From: Gallionella sp.
GTDB lineage: Bacteria > Pseudomonadota > Gammaproteobacteria > Burkholderiales > Gallionellaceae
DNA length: 64,000 nucleotides
Reading direction: 5' to 3'
Assembly (NCBI GenBank): GCA_027311105.1
Contig: DAICZN010000071.1
Span: 1,164 to 65,163, forward strand
Below are positions 38,250 to 50,856 of this stretch, one piece after another. Numbering within the stretch: position 1 is the stretch's first letter; every line of letters begins with the position of its first letter. The position numbers and the translations under genes were made by a program. The notes beneath the pieces were generated by a model. It was given only the letters and a program-made list of their open reading frames with translations. It was not told the DNA's origin and did not search any database.

Positions 38250-38970
38250 ACACCTGATCATCCCCGACTGGCCCGCGCCCGCCGGTGTCAAAGCCCTGCA
38301 GACCACCCGCCTGCGCGGTTTCAGTGATGCGCCCTACGACAGCCTCAATCTGGGCGACCATGTCGGGGATGCGCCGCTGGTTGTGGCGCGCAACCGCATG
38401 TTGCTCAACACCCTGCTGCCCAGCGAGCCGGTATGGCTGGAGCAGGTGCATGGCATTCAGGTGGTGAATGCGGATATGGCAGGCTGTCTGCCACGGGCCG
38501 ACTCCTGCATCGCCAGGCATCGCGAAGCGGTGTGCGTGGTGCTGACCGCGGATTGCCTGCCGCTGTTGCTGTGCGATTCACAGGGCAGTGTGGTCGGTGC
38601 GGTACATGCCGGCTGGAAAGGGCTGGCGGCCGGGGTGATCGAAGCTGCCGTGCAGGCGATGGATATTGCGCCAAAAAATATCATTGCGTGGCTGGGTCCG
38701 GCCATAGGCCGGGAGGCCTTTGAAGTGGGCGCAGAAGTCCGCACCGCATTTGTTGACAGGCAGCCGCAAGCATCGGCGGCATTCGTCCCCGGCCAGCAAG
38801 GCAAATGGTTTGCCGATATCTACGCGCTGGCCAGATTGCGTCTCAACGCGCTGGGGATCACCGGGATATACGGTGGCGGGTACTGCACCTATCGCGAGCG
38901 CGAACGGTTTTTCTCGTATCGCCGCGATGGCACAACCGGGCGCATGGGAACTTTTGTCTGGCTGGAATAG
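38236..38970 (+). CDS. pgeF: Peptidoglycan editing factor / purine nucleoside phosphorylase PgeF (YfiH)
   Basis: LEQVHG, TADCLP, HAGWKG, FFSYRR. Confidence 0.93.
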   Translation: MSLPEHLIIPDWPAPAGVKALQTTRLRGFSDAPYDSLNLGDHVGDAPLVVARNRMLLNTLLPSEPVWLEQVHGIQVVNADMAGCLPRADSCIARHREAVCVVLTADCLPLLLCDSQGSVVGAVHAGWKGLAAGVIEAAVQAMDIAPKNIIAWLGPAIGREAFEVGAEVRTAFVDRQPQASAAFVPGQQGKWFADIYALARLRLNALGITGIYGGGYCTYRERERFFSYRRDGTTGRMGTFVWLE

Positions 38971-39029
38971 CCGGGGCTGGCCGTCAATCTTTGGTATAAT
39001 CCGCGCCCGTAATTTTCTGAATAATTCCC

Positions 39030-39797
39030 GTGAGCGTTTTGTTGTGGATCATCACTGCCAGCATTTTCGGCGGAATATTGAGCGTGTCATGCGCCGCCCT
39101 GTTCGCCCTGAATGCCCGCGCGCATTGGGTGAATTCGCTGGTCAGTTACGCCATCGGCGCGTTGCTGGGCGCGGCATTTCTCGAGATTTTGCCCGAGGCG
39201 CTCAGGTTGAGCGCCAGTGTTTCAGTGGTTAGCGGCGCCGTGCTGGGGGGCATATTGCTGTTTTTCACGCTGGAGAAACTGCTGTTGTGGCGCCATTGCC
39301 ACCATGATCATTGCGAAGCCCACGATCCGGTCGAACCGAGTTCGCACGGGCGCAGCGGCACGATGATCATGGTGGGCAACACCTTTCACAACTTCGTGGA
39401 TGGCATCATCATCGCCGCGGCATTTCTGGCCGACAAGCATCTGGGCATCGTCACCGCGCTGGCAATCATCGCCCATGAGATTCCACAGGAAGTGGGCGAT
39501 TTCATGATACTGCTGCATTCCGGTTACACCAAGGCCCAGGCTTTGCTGGTTAATCTGGTGTCCAGCCTGGCCACTTTTCTGGGTGGCGTGCTGGCTTATT
39601 ACGCGTTGCGCTCGATGCAGGGCATCGTCCCGGTTCTGTTGGCCCTGGCCGCGGCGAGCATGATCTATGTCGCGGTTGCCGACCTGATCCCGGGATTGCA
39701 TAAACGCACCACCCTGCGCGACACGCTGGAGCAGGTCGCGCTGATCGCACTGGGAATATCTTCCATTGTGCTGGTCCAGTTTTTTGTGGCCGAATGA
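39030..39797 (+). CDS. ZIP family metal transporter
   Basis: His-rich loop HCHHDH, HNFVDG, HEIPQE. Confidence 0.92.
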   Translation: MSVLLWIITASIFGGILSVSCAALFALNARAHWVNSLVSYAIGALLGAAFLEILPEALRLSASVSVVSGAVLGGILLFFTLEKLLLWRHCHHDHCEAHDPVEPSSHGRSGTMIMVGNTFHNFVDGIIIAAAFLADKHLGIVTALAIIAHEIPQEVGDFMILLHSGYTKAQALLVNLVSSLATFLGGVLAYYALRSMQGIVPVLLALAAASMIYVAVADLIPGLHKRTTLRDTLEQVALIALGISSIVLVQFFVAE

Positions 39798-39813
39798 ATA
39801 CCGGGATTCTGCG

Positions 39814-41136
39814 ATGACTAAAACTTCCCCCCCAAAAGTCGGTTTCGTCTCGCTCGGTTGCCCGAAGGCGACCGTGGATTCCGAGCACATCCTGACCCGC
39901 CTGCGCGCCGAGGGTTATCTGATCTCCGCCAGTTACCAGGATGCCGATCTGGTGGTGGTCAACACCTGCGGTTTCATCGACAGCGCGGTTGCGGAATCGC
40001 TGGATGCGATCGGCGAGGCGCTGGCGGAAAACGGCAAGGTGATCGTGACCGGTTGTCTGGGGGCGAAGGGCGATGTGGTGAAGCAGGCTCACCCGAGCGT
40101 GCTCGCTGTCACCGGGCCGCACGCCACCGACGAGGTGATGTCCGCCGTGCATCTGCATCTGCCCAGGCTGCACGACCCCTACATGGATCTGGTGCCCACC
40201 CAGGGTATCCGGCTCACGCCAAAACATTACGCCTATGTGAAGATTTCCGAGGGCTGCAATCATCGCTGCACCTTTTGTATCATTCCCAGCCTGCGCGGCG
40301 ATCTGGTCAGCCGCCCGGTCGGTGATGTGATGCAGGAAGCGCAAAGTCTGGTCAACGCGGGCGTGAAGGAATTGCTGGTGATCTCGCAGGACACCAGTGC
40401 CTACGGTGTGGACATCAAATACCGCACCGGCTTCTGGGGCGGCAAGCCGCTCAAGAGCCGCATGACAGAGCTGGCAAGCGCGATGGGGGAACTCGGCGCG
40501 TGGGTGAGATTGCATTATGTGTATCCGTACCCGCATGTGGATGAAGTAATCCCGCTGATGGCGCAGGGGAAAATCCTGCCGTACCTGGATATCCCGTTCC
40601 AGCATGCCAGCCAGCGTATCCTGAAGCTGATGAAACGCCCGGCCAGCAGCGAGAATGTGCTGGCGCGCATCAGGAAATGGCGCGAGATCTGCCCGGATAT
40701 CACGCTGCGCAGCACCTTTATCGTCGGCTTCCCCGGCGAAACCGAGGAGGAGTTTGCGGAACTGCTGGGTTTTCTTGAGCAGGCCCAACTGGACAGGGTT
40801 GGCGCTTTCGCCTATTCGCCGGTGGACGGTGCGGTGGCCAACGCTCTGCCGGATCACATACCGCCTGAAGTGCAGCAGGAGCGGCTGGCGAAGCTGATGT
40901 TGCTGCAGGAGAAAATCAGCGCGGAACGCCTCAAACGGAAAATCGGCCGGACCATTACCGTGCTGGTGGACGAGGTCGATGAAGACGGCGCGATCGCGCG
41001 CAGTTCAGCCGATGCGCCGGAAATCGACGGTCTGGTATACGTCGAAAACGGCCAGCAACTCAGTGTTGGCGATTTCGTCGAGGTGAAAATCACCGATTCA
41101 GATGAACATGACCTGTGGGCGGAAGCGGTTTTGTAG
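39814..41136 (+). CDS. rimO: Ribosomal protein S12 methylthiotransferase
   Basis: [20 protein letters not shown] radical-SAM motif, APEIDG TRAM. Confidence 0.96.
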   Translation: MTKTSPPKVGFVSLGCPKATVDSEHILTRLRAEGYLISASYQDADLVVVNTCGFIDSAVAESLDAIGEALAENGKVIVTGCLGAKGDVVKQAHPSVLAVTGPHATDEVMSAVHLHLPRLHDPYMDLVPTQGIRLTPKHYAYVKISEGCNHRCTFCIIPSLRGDLVSRPVGDVMQEAQSLVNAGVKELLVISQDTSAYGVDIKYRTGFWGGKPLKSRMTELASAMGELGAWVRLHYVYPYPHVDEVIPLMAQGKILPYLDIPFQHASQRILKLMKRPASSENVLARIRKWREICPDITLRSTFIVGFPGETEEEFAELLGFLEQAQLDRVGAFAYSPVDGAVANALPDHIPPEVQQERLAKLMLLQEKISAERLKRKIGRTITVLVDEVDEDGAIARSSADAPEIDGLVYVENGQQLSVGDFVEVKITDSDEHDLWAEAVL

Positions 41137-41145
41137 TTGGCCTGT

Positions 41146-41179
41146 GCAAACCGGAAATACCCGGTTCCGGTTTTGCCTG
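41146..41179 (+). terminator. Hairpin downstream of rimO
   Basis: GCAAACCGGAA ... TTCCGGTTTTGC inverted repeat. Confidence 0.5.
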
Positions 41180-41333
41180 CCGACCATCAGAACGTTTGGC
41201 CACAATCTCCAATGAGACACCGATTAAATCAAGGCGTGATTCCTTCGCCCCTTCGACATGCCACGCTACGCGCAGCCCTTAGTGATTAATGAGGGCGTAC
41301 AATATAGAGGTGAGTAGCCTGACTAGGGAAGGA

Positions 41334-41859
41334 ATGACCATGAACGATGTGTTTCAACAGGATTGGGACCCGAAATCAGATGCTGTCCTTCGCGATCAGC
41401 GTGCAGCCTGCGATGAGATGCGCGGGCGGCGTCCGGTCGCTTACAGCGACTTTCTGGGGAGATACTTGTTCATGCACGAGGATATCGTCCGCGTACTGAA
41501 TGATCACGGCACTTTCAGTAGTGTCGTATCCAGACATTTTTTCGTTCCTAACGGAATGGATCTCCCCGAACATGCCGAGTAGCGGCGCATTATTGAACGC
41601 TATTTTGACCCGGGAACGCATGGAAGCATTCGAGCCGCAATGTCGCAAGATTGCCGCGAACCTTGTTCAATCGTTTCTGGAACGTGACGAGATAGAGTTT
41701 ATCGGCGAGTTTGCCCGGGAGTTCGCCGCGCAGATTCAGTGTGCTTTTCTCGGTTCGTCGGCGGAAATGTGCGAACTGCTGCGTCTCTGGACTCTGAAGA
41801 ATCAGCAGGCAACACTTGTATTCTTGAAGAGCAGCACAGTTTCGCGCGAAGACGAATGA
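41334..41859 (+). pseudogene. Cytochrome P450 fragment (nonsense, frameshift, 3' truncation)
   Basis: DWDP..PVAYS..NGMDLPEH(AE)*RRII matches the P450 MDPPEHxxYR motif; TAG at 41580-41582, continues in another frame (ERMEAFEPQCRKIA..EFAREF); no heme Cys motif. Confidence 0.75.
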
Positions 41860-41919
41860 CACTGCGCATGGCGTTGTTGCGTGCGCTATATTCCAACGAA
41901 ATTTAAGGGGAATTTCGCC

Positions 41920-42642
41920 ATGCCGGTCTACAAAGTCAGATTAAAACGCAAACAGGAAATCGCTGCCGGAACGATGGCGTTCTATTTTGAAAAACCGCAG
42001 GGGTTCACCTACAAGGCAGGCCAGTCTGCGGATTTCACCCTGATCAACCCCGCTGAAACTGACGCAGAAGGCGACACCCGAACATTATCTTTGGCGAGCG
42101 CCCCTTACGAAAGCGATCTTATGTTGGCGACACGGATGCGTGACACTGCGTTCAAGCGGGTATTAAAAACCATGGAGCCTGGCACGGAAGTCACTCTGGA
42201 TGCTCCCCGTGGCTCGTTCACGCTCCATAATGATGTGGACATTCCAGCCGTTTTTCTTACCGGCGGTATTGGCGTTACGCCTGTGAGAAGCATTGTTCTT
42301 CAGGCTGTTCACGACCAGGTTCCGCACCGGATCCTTGTCTTCTATTCCAATAGAAGGCCGGAAGATGCGGCATTTCTGGATGAGTTGATGGAATCACACG
42401 ACACAAATCCAAACTACACCTTTGTCGGCACAATGACGCGGATGAAAGAGTCCAGCCGCAAGTGGCATGGGGAAACGGGGTTTATCAGCAAGGCCATGCT
42501 CCTGAAATCCATTGATGATCTGACTCTCCCCATCTACTACATTGATGGCCCGCCCGCGATGGTGAATGCGATGCAAGAGATGCTGGGCGAAGCGGGTGTC
42601 GACGATAAAAATATCCGCACGGAAGAATTCTGGGGCTACTGA
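41920..42642 (+). CDS. FAD/NAD(P)-binding oxidoreductase (ferredoxin reductase family)
   Basis: AGQ, RTLSLAS, GGIGVTP, GPPAMV, EEF. Confidence 0.88.
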   Translation: MPVYKVRLKRKQEIAAGTMAFYFEKPQGFTYKAGQSADFTLINPAETDAEGDTRTLSLASAPYESDLMLATRMRDTAFKRVLKTMEPGTEVTLDAPRGSFTLHNDVDIPAVFLTGGIGVTPVRSIVLQAVHDQVPHRILVFYSNRRPEDAAFLDELMESHDTNPNYTFVGTMTRMKESSRKWHGETGFISKAMLLKSIDDLTLPIYYIDGPPAMVNAMQEMLGEAGVDDKNIRTEEFWGY

Positions 42643-42660
42643 TAGCGGCTTAAGAAAACC

Positions 42661-43011
42661 ATGGAAATCAGGATCAAAAGGGTATATGCACAGCCGGACA
42701 AGCATGACGGCAGGCGTATCCTGGTGGACAGGCTGTGGCCGCGCGGTTTAACAAAGGAAAAAGCAGGCGTTGATCTGTGGCTCAAAGACATTGCTCCCAG
42801 CACGGAACTCCGGAAGTGGTTTGGCCACGACCCGGGCAGGTGGGAACAATTCAAGGAACGGTATCTCGCCGAACTCAAGGGCAACAGCGAGCAAATCCGA
42901 CTGTTGAAGCTAGAGCTGGACAAGGGTGCCGTGACGCTCGTCTATGGCGCAAAGGACGAAGAGCATAACGAGGCGGTCGTCATCCGGGAAAACAGCGCGT
43001 TATTCCGTTAG
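42661..43011 (+). CDS. DUF488 / YeaO family protein
   Basis: [28 protein letters not shown]. Confidence 0.9.
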   Translation: MEIRIKRVYAQPDKHDGRRILVDRLWPRGLTKEKAGVDLWLKDIAPSTELRKWFGHDPGRWEQFKERYLAELKGNSEQIRLLKLELDKGAVTLVYGAKDEEHNEAVVIRENSALFR

Positions 43012-43041
43012 TTGGAGATAAAAGAATAGGCGGATGGATGC

Positions 43042-43497
43042 TTATTTGCAGTAAGTGCTGATGTCGCTTTGGGCTTTTGCGACGCGTTGCGCGCGCTGAC
43101 TATCATCCATGTAGCCGGGTTGGCCATTCGCATCAGTTTCCATTATACGTATGCCCGATTGCAGGGTACTCAGGTTTTGCCGTGCGTTGGTGCAATTGGC
43201 CTGTTCGGCAGCCGCGGCAGCCTGCTGTTGCGCAGCCTTGGCGGCCGCTTCCTTCTTGGCGATCTCGGCCTTTTTCAAATCGGCTTCGCGTTCGGCCAGG
43301 GTTTTGGGCGCTGCGACGCCACTGGCATCTTGGGTATCTCCGGTTTCGTCGGCTGCGCGCAGGGTTTTTTGCCGTACGTCGGACGGTGGAGCCTGGTCGG
43401 AATAATGCACCTGCCCATCCGCGTCCACCCACTTGCTGATTGCGGCAAAGGAGTTGGTGCAGGCCAGCAGCAGAAAAAAACCCAGGTATTTGTTCAT
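43042..43497 (-). CDS. DUF4124 domain exported protein
   Basis: KWVDADGQVHYSDQ motif, signal peptide, C-terminal Cys pair. Confidence 0.85.
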   Translation of the reverse strand: MNKYLGFFLLLACTNSFAAISKWVDADGQVHYSDQAPPSDVRQKTLRAADETGDTQDASGVAAPKTLAEREADLKKAEIAKKEAAAKAAQQQAAAAAEQANCTNARQNLSTLQSGIRIMETDANGQPGYMDDSQRAQRVAKAQSDISTYCK

Positions 43498-43657
43498 TGC
43501 AGGCATTCCTGTCTTAAAGGTTTGTGTTTGGAATAAAATTTGTCCCAAAGAATCCGGATGCCAAAGAATCCGGATGAAAGCGCAGACAAGTCTAGCATGT
43601 GGAGGTATGATTGCAACCCGATACGTTGTAGCAAATTGTTGAAGTACGGGGGGTATT

Positions 43658-44317
43658 TTGGACAGCAATGCTGGCGCCGTTGCCAATCAGATCTATTACG
43701 ATGTTGAAAAAAATGCCGCGATGGTATTGAAGCTCTTCAATACCTATTATCGTGATCACAACCACTCCGGAAAGGTTTACGAAGAATTCCCGGATTTCTT
43801 CATGTTCAAACCCGGCGTACTCGACGGCAAGGAGATCGCCACGCGCGGTTCGGAAAAACTGCTGCTGGAAGATTGTATTCAACGCGCCAAGGCGCGCAAC
43901 GGTTACATCAGCGTATCCAAGCATCGCAATCCGAAATTGGGCTATTACTGGCTGGAATTGTCGGTAGCACCGTTTATGATGGGCGACCCGGTGGGCAAGG
44001 AGAATAAAGGCGAATTCTTTTACATACTCACCAGGTTCATCGAATTCACCAAGCAGAATCCCAGGATCTACGGGGATCTGACGGCGGAAATCGAGTCCGA
44101 CAAGGATATCGCGTTGATGCTCAACGGGATAGCCAAAATGGCGAACCGGCTCGGCACATCGTTGAAGCTTTACCCCGAGAACATGCTGGTTGCCTTCAAC
44201 CCCAGATGGCCCGTGACGGAAGTGCAGAAATTGCTCCAATCGCTCAAGGATAACGACCAGGACTGGTGCGAGATGTTCTTTGAATACCTGAGATACGTGA
44301 TGGGTAAAAAGAATTAA
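43658..44317 (+). CDS. Hypothetical cytoplasmic protein
   Basis: 219-aa ORF with protein-like composition, GGGGG RBS before TTG; no family recognised. Confidence 0.75.
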   Translation: MDSNAGAVANQIYYDVEKNAAMVLKLFNTYYRDHNHSGKVYEEFPDFFMFKPGVLDGKEIATRGSEKLLLEDCIQRAKARNGYISVSKHRNPKLGYYWLELSVAPFMMGDPVGKENKGEFFYILTRFIEFTKQNPRIYGDLTAEIESDKDIALMLNGIAKMANRLGTSLKLYPENMLVAFNPRWPVTEVQKLLQSLKDNDQDWCEMFFEYLRYVMGKKN

Positions 44318-44883
44318 TGACCCGCCTTTAGCAGAACCAGTGCTGCGCCGCTGCCGCCGTCTTTTGGCAGTGCATCGCAGTATCCCAGCACCCGCGCATG
44401 TTGAGCAAGCCAGTGGCGGGCCAGTTTGCGCAGAACCGCCCCGCCTTCCCGGCTGTTCAGCCCCTTCCCGTGTATCACCAATACACAGCGCAATTCCCGC
44501 TGCGTCGCCTCATGCAGAAATTCCTGCAACAATTTGCGCGCAGCATCGCTGTTATTGCCGTGCAGGTCCAGGCTGTCCTGGATCGGCCAGTTCCCGCGCT
44601 TGAGTTTGCGCAAGGTCATGCGCGACAGGCCATCGCTCAAATATTCTTCAGGTGCATCATGGGCCGCAAAGTCCGAAAAATTTTGGGCAGCACACCCGTC
44701 CGACAGCGTATCGGGAATGGCCGGTTTCGTGGCGGCCTCGACAAACAGCGGTTTTCGCGGGGCGGGTCGGGGGGCGATGCGGCTTTGCTCCGGTAACGGC
44801 CGCACTGTTCCGACCGCCGCACGGAACAGCGCGGCGTCGTCGGGCGAGATATTGCCGGGTTTGGATGGCGGAGTTTTTTTCAC
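44314..44883 (-). CDS. Smr/MutS2 C-terminal domain protein
   Basis: LDLHG, VIHGKG, GGSGA. Confidence 0.92.
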   Translation of the reverse strand: MKKTPPSKPGNISPDDAALFRAAVGTVRPLPEQSRIAPRPAPRKPLFVEAATKPAIPDTLSDGCAAQNFSDFAAHDAPEEYLSDGLSRMTLRKLKRGNWPIQDSLDLHGNNSDAARKLLQEFLHEATQRELRCVLVIHGKGLNSREGGAVLRKLARHWLAQHARVLGYCDALPKDGGSGAALVLLKAGH

Positions 44884-44913
44884 AATGTCTCCCGCATCGT
44901 GTAAGAATCCCGC

Positions 44914-46047
<1,134 letters not shown>

Positions 46048-46148
46048 TCAAACACGGCGCGATCCGGATGCCGGCCGGCGCGCAGTTTATGCCGGGATGA
46101 AGAGTAGTGGCTGCCGGTCTGGCATCCATCGGTTAGAATCCGCACAAC

Positions 46149-47168
46149 ATGAAATCCGCCCACTTGATTTTCCTGCTGCTGTCTTTTGCGGTTCATCCGG
46201 CAGCAGCTGCGACCCTGCCGGGTATTCCCGAATTTATTGACGAGATGGTCGCAAAGCACAAATTCAAGCGGGCCGAACTGGTGAATGCATTTAACCATGC
46301 GCAGCAATTGCCGGTGGTGATTGAGGCCATTTCGCGTCCTGCCACGCTCAAGCCCTGGCCGGAATATCGCGCGGCCTTCGTTAATCCGGAACGCATCAGC
46401 CTGGGCCTGAAATTCTGGAGAAAATACCGGAGAAGCCTGCAGGCCGCGGAACGGAAATACGGTGTGCCGCAGGAAATCATCCTTGCGGTGATCGGTGTTG
46501 AAACTGTTTACGGGCAGGATGTCGGCGGTTTTCGCACGCTGGACGCACTGACTACACTGGCTTTTGACTATCCGCCCCGCGCCGAGTTTTTCCGCAAGGA
46601 GCTGGAGAATTACCTTCTGCTGGCGCGCGAACAGCAGTTCGATTTGCTGGCGATGCGCGGATCCTATGCCGGCGCGCTGGGCATCCCGCAGTTCATGCCC
46701 AGCAGCTACCGCACTTACGCGGTGGATTTCAACGGCAATCACAAAATCGATTTGCTGCATGAACCCGTCGATGCGATAGGCAGCGTGGCCAGTTATTTGA
46801 AGGGTTACGGCTGGAACGGCGTGATGCGCAATAAATCCGCGCAGTTGCGGGAGGGTGATGCGACTCTGCCGGTTGCGGTGCGCGTGCAGGTAAGCGCAGA
46901 TATTTGCCCGGGAGATATCTCCACCCCGCGCACTGTCGCCGCGTGGTCAGCATCCGGTATCGTGGCCCGCGAGCACCCTGTTCCAGACCAGGAACTGACA
47001 GCCCGATTGATTGATTTTACGCTGGCCGACGGGAAGGAGTTCTGGCTGGCTTTCAGCAATTTCGATGTCATCAGGAGCTATAACAACAGCGACTACTATG
47101 CGATGTCGGTGTTCCAGCTGGCAGAGGCATTGCAGGATGCGCGCCGCAAATCTAGCCGCTCGAGGTGA
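46149..47168 (+). CDS. mltB: Lytic murein transglycosylase B
   Basis: IGVETVYG, GSYAGA, QFMPSS, YNNS. Confidence 0.93.
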   Translation: MKSAHLIFLLLSFAVHPAAAATLPGIPEFIDEMVAKHKFKRAELVNAFNHAQQLPVVIEAISRPATLKPWPEYRAAFVNPERISLGLKFWRKYRRSLQAAERKYGVPQEIILAVIGVETVYGQDVGGFRTLDALTTLAFDYPPRAEFFRKELENYLLLAREQQFDLLAMRGSYAGALGIPQFMPSSYRTYAVDFNGNHKIDLLHEPVDAIGSVASYLKGYGWNGVMRNKSAQLREGDATLPVAVRVQVSADICPGDISTPRTVAAWSASGIVAREHPVPDQELTARLIDFTLADGKEFWLAFSNFDVIRSYNNSDYYAMSVFQLAEALQDARRKSSRSR

Positions 47169-47619
47169 TGCGCCGCGCGCCGTTATAGCGCTTTTCCCAG
47201 TAGGGTTCCCGCATGTTCTCAATTCGAACCCTGCCGCCGCTGCTCGGGGCATGGATGAATTGGTCGCCGCCGAGATAGATTCCCACATGTGAATATTTTC
47301 GCCGCAATGTGTTGAAAAACACCAGATCGCCGGGGCGCAGGTGGCCGGCGCTGACGGGGCGGCCGAAGCGGCTTATTTTGTCGGAGCTGCGCGGCAAATC
47401 GACACCCAGCGTGTGACGATACACATGGTCGACAAAACCGCTGCAGTCAAATCCGCCATGCGGAGAATTGCCGCCGTATTTGTATGGGATGCCGATCAGG
47501 CTGCGCGCATAGGAGGTGACGTCATTGCCCGGGGCATCGCTGACCGGTGCGCGCACATCTTTGTGCACCGATGCGCAGGCGCTGAGCAGCAGTATGAATA
47601 ACAGCAGGATGCGGTTCAT
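47152..47619 (-). CDS. NlpC/P60 (C40) lipoprotein peptidase
   Basis: LSAC lipobox, FDCSG, SHVGIY, FIHA. Confidence 0.93.
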   Translation of the reverse strand: MNRILLLFILLLSACASVHKDVRAPVSDAPGNDVTSYARSLIGIPYKYGGNSPHGGFDCSGFVDHVYRHTLGVDLPRSSDKISRFGRPVSAGHLRPGDLVFFNTLRRKYSHVGIYLGGDQFIHAPSSGGRVRIENMREPYWEKRYNGARRITSSG

Positions 47620-47757
47620 CGCGGCAATCTAATGTGGCGCATCATTGCTTGTAAAAGGCGCCGCCGCGAATTCCTCCGGCCCCGATCCGAAAACACCGGC
47701 GAAAAATCCCCGATAGGTCTTGTGGGCTACCGGGTGTAACAGGGGTATGGACAATGA

Positions 47758-47949
47758 TTATTTTTTCATCGGGCAGGTGCTCATGCCGAGCATTGCATAG
47801 GCAGGGCAGATGCCGACCAGGCCGGTCACGAGCGGAAGCACGCCGATCCAGCCCCATGCGCCGACGGTATGGGTGGCAGCCAGCCCGATCAGCACCAGAC
47901 CGGCAATTACGCGTACTGCGCGATCGATTGTTCCTTCATTGACTTTCAT
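47758..47949 (-). CDS. DUF2892 (YgaP-like) small membrane protein
   Basis: NEGTIDRAVR, CPAY..LGMSTC. Confidence 0.88.
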   Translation of the reverse strand: MKVNEGTIDRAVRVIAGLVLIGLAATHTVGAWGWIGVLPLVTGLVGICPAYAMLGMSTCPMKK

Positions 47950-48175
47950 TTTGATCTCCTTGGGCAAGTTGGGGAATGCACAGAGTAGAGGATTTTTGCC
48001 CGTTTGTCTGTGATAAAAATCAGTCGGGTCGGCAGGCGATTCGCGCGGCACGGGGTGCTGCTACCGCCTTGTCCGGGATTCGGCTGCCGGCAAGAGTTGC
48101 CAAACAAAGTGAAGAAAAAATCTTGGATTCCTTTGCGGCGCGCCCATGCCGGGCGCAGCGGTTCTGTCATCCTGA

Positions 48176-49678
48176 TTATTCCGGACGCATCTGCGGGAAC
48201 AGAATCACATCGCGTATGCTGGCGCTGTCGGTGAGCAGCATCACCAGCCGGTCGATGCCGATTCCTTCCCCGGCGGTGGGGGGCAGGCCGTATTCCAGCG
48301 CGCGCACGTAGTCGTTGTCCTTGAACATCGCCTCCTCGTCGCCGGCTTCTTTCGCCGCGACCTGCGCGTCGAAGCGCGCGGCCTGGTCTTCGGCGTCGTT
48401 CAATTCCGAGAAGCCGTTGGCGATCTCGCGCCCGACAATGAACAGTTCGAAGCGTTCGGTGATCTCCGGGTTTTTGTCGCTGCTGCGCGCCAGCGGGGAG
48501 ACTTCCACCGGGTAGTCGACGATGAAGGTAGGCTCGAACAGGTGTGCCTCGGCCAGTTCCTCGAACAGCGACAACTGCAGGCCGCCGATGCCGTCTTCCG
48601 GTTTGTGTTTGGCTTTCAGGTCTTTCAGTTCGTTGAGCATGAAGTCGCGGTCGTTCAACTGCGCGGTGGTGAACTGCGGATGATATTTCTGGATCGCCTG
48701 CACCATCGTCAAACGATGGAACGGTTTGCCCAGGTCCAATTCCCTGCCCTGATAGCTGATCAGCGTTTTGCCCAGAACCTTGTGCGCCACTTCGCGGAAC
48801 AGGCTCTCGCTGAAATCCATCAGGTATTTATAGTCTCGGTATGCCTCGTAGAATTCCAGCATCGTGAATTCCGGATTGTGGCGCGTGGACAGCCCTTCGT
48901 TGCGGAAGTTGCGGTTGATCTCGAACACCTTCTCGAAACCACCCACCACCAGCCGCTTCAGGTACAGTTCCGGCGCGATGCGCAGATACATCTTCATGTC
49001 CAGCGCGTTGTGGTGCGTCTCGAACGGCTTGGCAGCCGCACCGCCGGGGATCGGGTGCATCATCGGCGTTTCCACATCCAGATAACCGTGGCGTATGAAG
49101 AATTCGCGTATCGCCTGGATAATCCTGGTGCGCGTGATGAACACCTTGCGCGCGTCCTCGTTGGTGATCAGGTCGAGATAGCGCTGGCGGTATTTTTGTT
49201 CCTGGTCGGACAGACCGTGAAACTTTTCCGGCAGCGGGCGCAGCGCCTTGGTCAGCAAACGCACCTGTGTGACGCGAACCGAAAGCTCGCCGGTTTTGGT
49301 CTTGAACAGCACGCCCTGCGCGCCCAGTATGTCGCCGAGGTCGTAATGCTTGAAAGCGTTGTGCGCCTCTTCGCCGGTGTCGCCGTTGCTGATGAACAGC
49401 TGGATCTTTCCGCTCATGTCCTGCACTGTGGCAAAGCTGGCCTTGCCCATCACCCGCTTCAACATCATGCGCCCGGCTACAGCCGCGTAAACCTGCAATG
49501 CCTCCAGCTCGTCATGGGTCTTCCCGCCGAATTCGCCATGCAAATCGCCCGCCAGATGCTTGCGCTCGAAGTCGTTCGGGAATGCGACGCCCGCCTTGCG
49601 CAGCTCGGCAAGCTTGTGGCGTCGTTCGGCGAAAATCTGGTTCTCGTCTTGCGGGGGAGGGGTGGGTTCGATAGTCAT
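48176..49678 (-). CDS. lysS: Lysine--tRNA ligase
   Basis: [29 protein letters not shown]. Confidence 0.97.
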   Translation of the reverse strand: MTIEPTPPPQDENQIFAERRHKLAELRKAGVAFPNDFERKHLAGDLHGEFGGKTHDELEALQVYAAVAGRMMLKRVMGKASFATVQDMSGKIQLFISNGDTGEEAHNAFKHYDLGDILGAQGVLFKTKTGELSVRVTQVRLLTKALRPLPEKFHGLSDQEQKYRQRYLDLITNEDARKVFITRTRIIQAIREFFIRHGYLDVETPMMHPIPGGAAAKPFETHHNALDMKMYLRIAPELYLKRLVVGGFEKVFEINRNFRNEGLSTRHNPEFTMLEFYEAYRDYKYLMDFSESLFREVAHKVLGKTLISYQGRELDLGKPFHRLTMVQAIQKYHPQFTTAQLNDRDFMLNELKDLKAKHKPEDGIGGLQLSLFEELAEAHLFEPTFIVDYPVEVSPLARSSDKNPEITERFELFIVGREIANGFSELNDAEDQAARFDAQVAAKEAGDEEAMFKDNDYVRALEYGLPPTAGEGIGIDRLVMLLTDSASIRDVILFPQMRPE

Positions 49679-49710
49679 TGCAGTTCTCTATTTTTCCGGA
49701 TGTATTGTGG

Positions 49711-50815
49711 TTAAACGCCTTGTTTCAGGCTCGCCGAAATGAAATCGTCTAGGTCGCCGTCCAGCACGGCCTGCGTGTTGCCGACTTCGTGATTGGTGCG
49801 CAGATCCTTGATGCGCGACTGGTCGAGCACATAGCTGCGGATCTGGTGGCCCCAGCCGATGTCGGATTTTCCGTCTTCCAGCACCTGTTTTTCTTCATTG
49901 CGCTTGCGCAGCTCTTCTTCGTACAGTCGCGATTTTAGCATCGCCATCGCCTCGGCGCGGTTGCGGTGTTGCGAGCGGTCGCTCTGGCATTGCACCACGA
50001 TGTTGGTGGGCAGGTGGGTGATGCGCACCGCCGAATCGGTCTTGTTGATGTGCTGGCCGCCGGCACCCGAGGCGCGGTAGGTGTCCACGCGCAGGTCGGC
50101 GGGGTTGATCTCGACTTCGATGGAGTCGTCCACTTCGGGATAGACAAACACGCTGGAGAACGAGGTGTGGCGGCGGTTGCCGGAGTCGAACGGCGACTTG
50201 CGCACCAGGCGGTGCACCCCGGTCTCGGTACGCAGGTGGCCGTAGGCGTAGTCGCCGCTGACCTTGAGCGATGCGCCCTTGATGCCCGCGACTTCGCCGT
50301 CGGATTGTTCCAGCACCTCGACGGTGAAACCTTTGCGTTCGCAGTAGCGCAGGTACATGCGCAGCAGCATGGAGGCCCAGTCCTGCGCCTCGGTTCCGCC
50401 GGAGCCGGCCTGGATGTCGACGAAGCAGTTGTTCGGGTCCATCGGGTGCGAAAACATGCGGCGGAATTCCATCGCAGCGACGCGCTGCTCGATGTCGCGG
50501 ATGTCGGCGGCGGTGCTGTTCAGGCTGTCGTCGTCGTTTTCCGCCCTGGCCATCTCGAACAGCTCGGCGGCATCGGAAAGATTTTGCTGGATCTGCTTGA
50601 GGCCGAGCACCACGCCTTCCAGCATCTTGCGTTCGCGCCCCAGCTCCTGCGCGCGCTTGGCATCCTGCCAGATGGCGGGGTTCTCGGCGAGTTCGCTGAC
50701 CTCGACTAAGCGTTCCTGCTTGGCATCGTAGTCAAAGATACCTCCGTAATTCTGCGCTGCGCGATGCCAGGTCCTGCAGCTGGTTGGAGAGGGCATTGAG
50801 TTGTTCGGCTTCCAT
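49711..50815 (-). CDS. prfB: Peptide chain release factor 2 with programmed +1 frameshift
   Basis: ORF1 MEAEQ...RRYL then CTT-TGA-C at 50737-50731 preceded by internal SD CGGAGG; ORF2 has SPF and GGQ motifs. Confidence 0.97.
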
Positions 50816-50856
50816 GATGTAGTCGCTTGCTGAAAAGAACGCGATTATACCTGTAC

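Noticed and set aside
41580-41582. Stop-codon readthrough (pyrrolysine) in the P450
   Set aside because: A frameshift and truncation follow, so pseudogenisation is the simpler explanation.
48010-48023. FNR-like box GTGAT-N4-ATCAG upstream of the DUF2892 gene
   Set aside because: Two mismatches to TTGAT-N4-ATCAA; not distinguishable from chance without comparative data.
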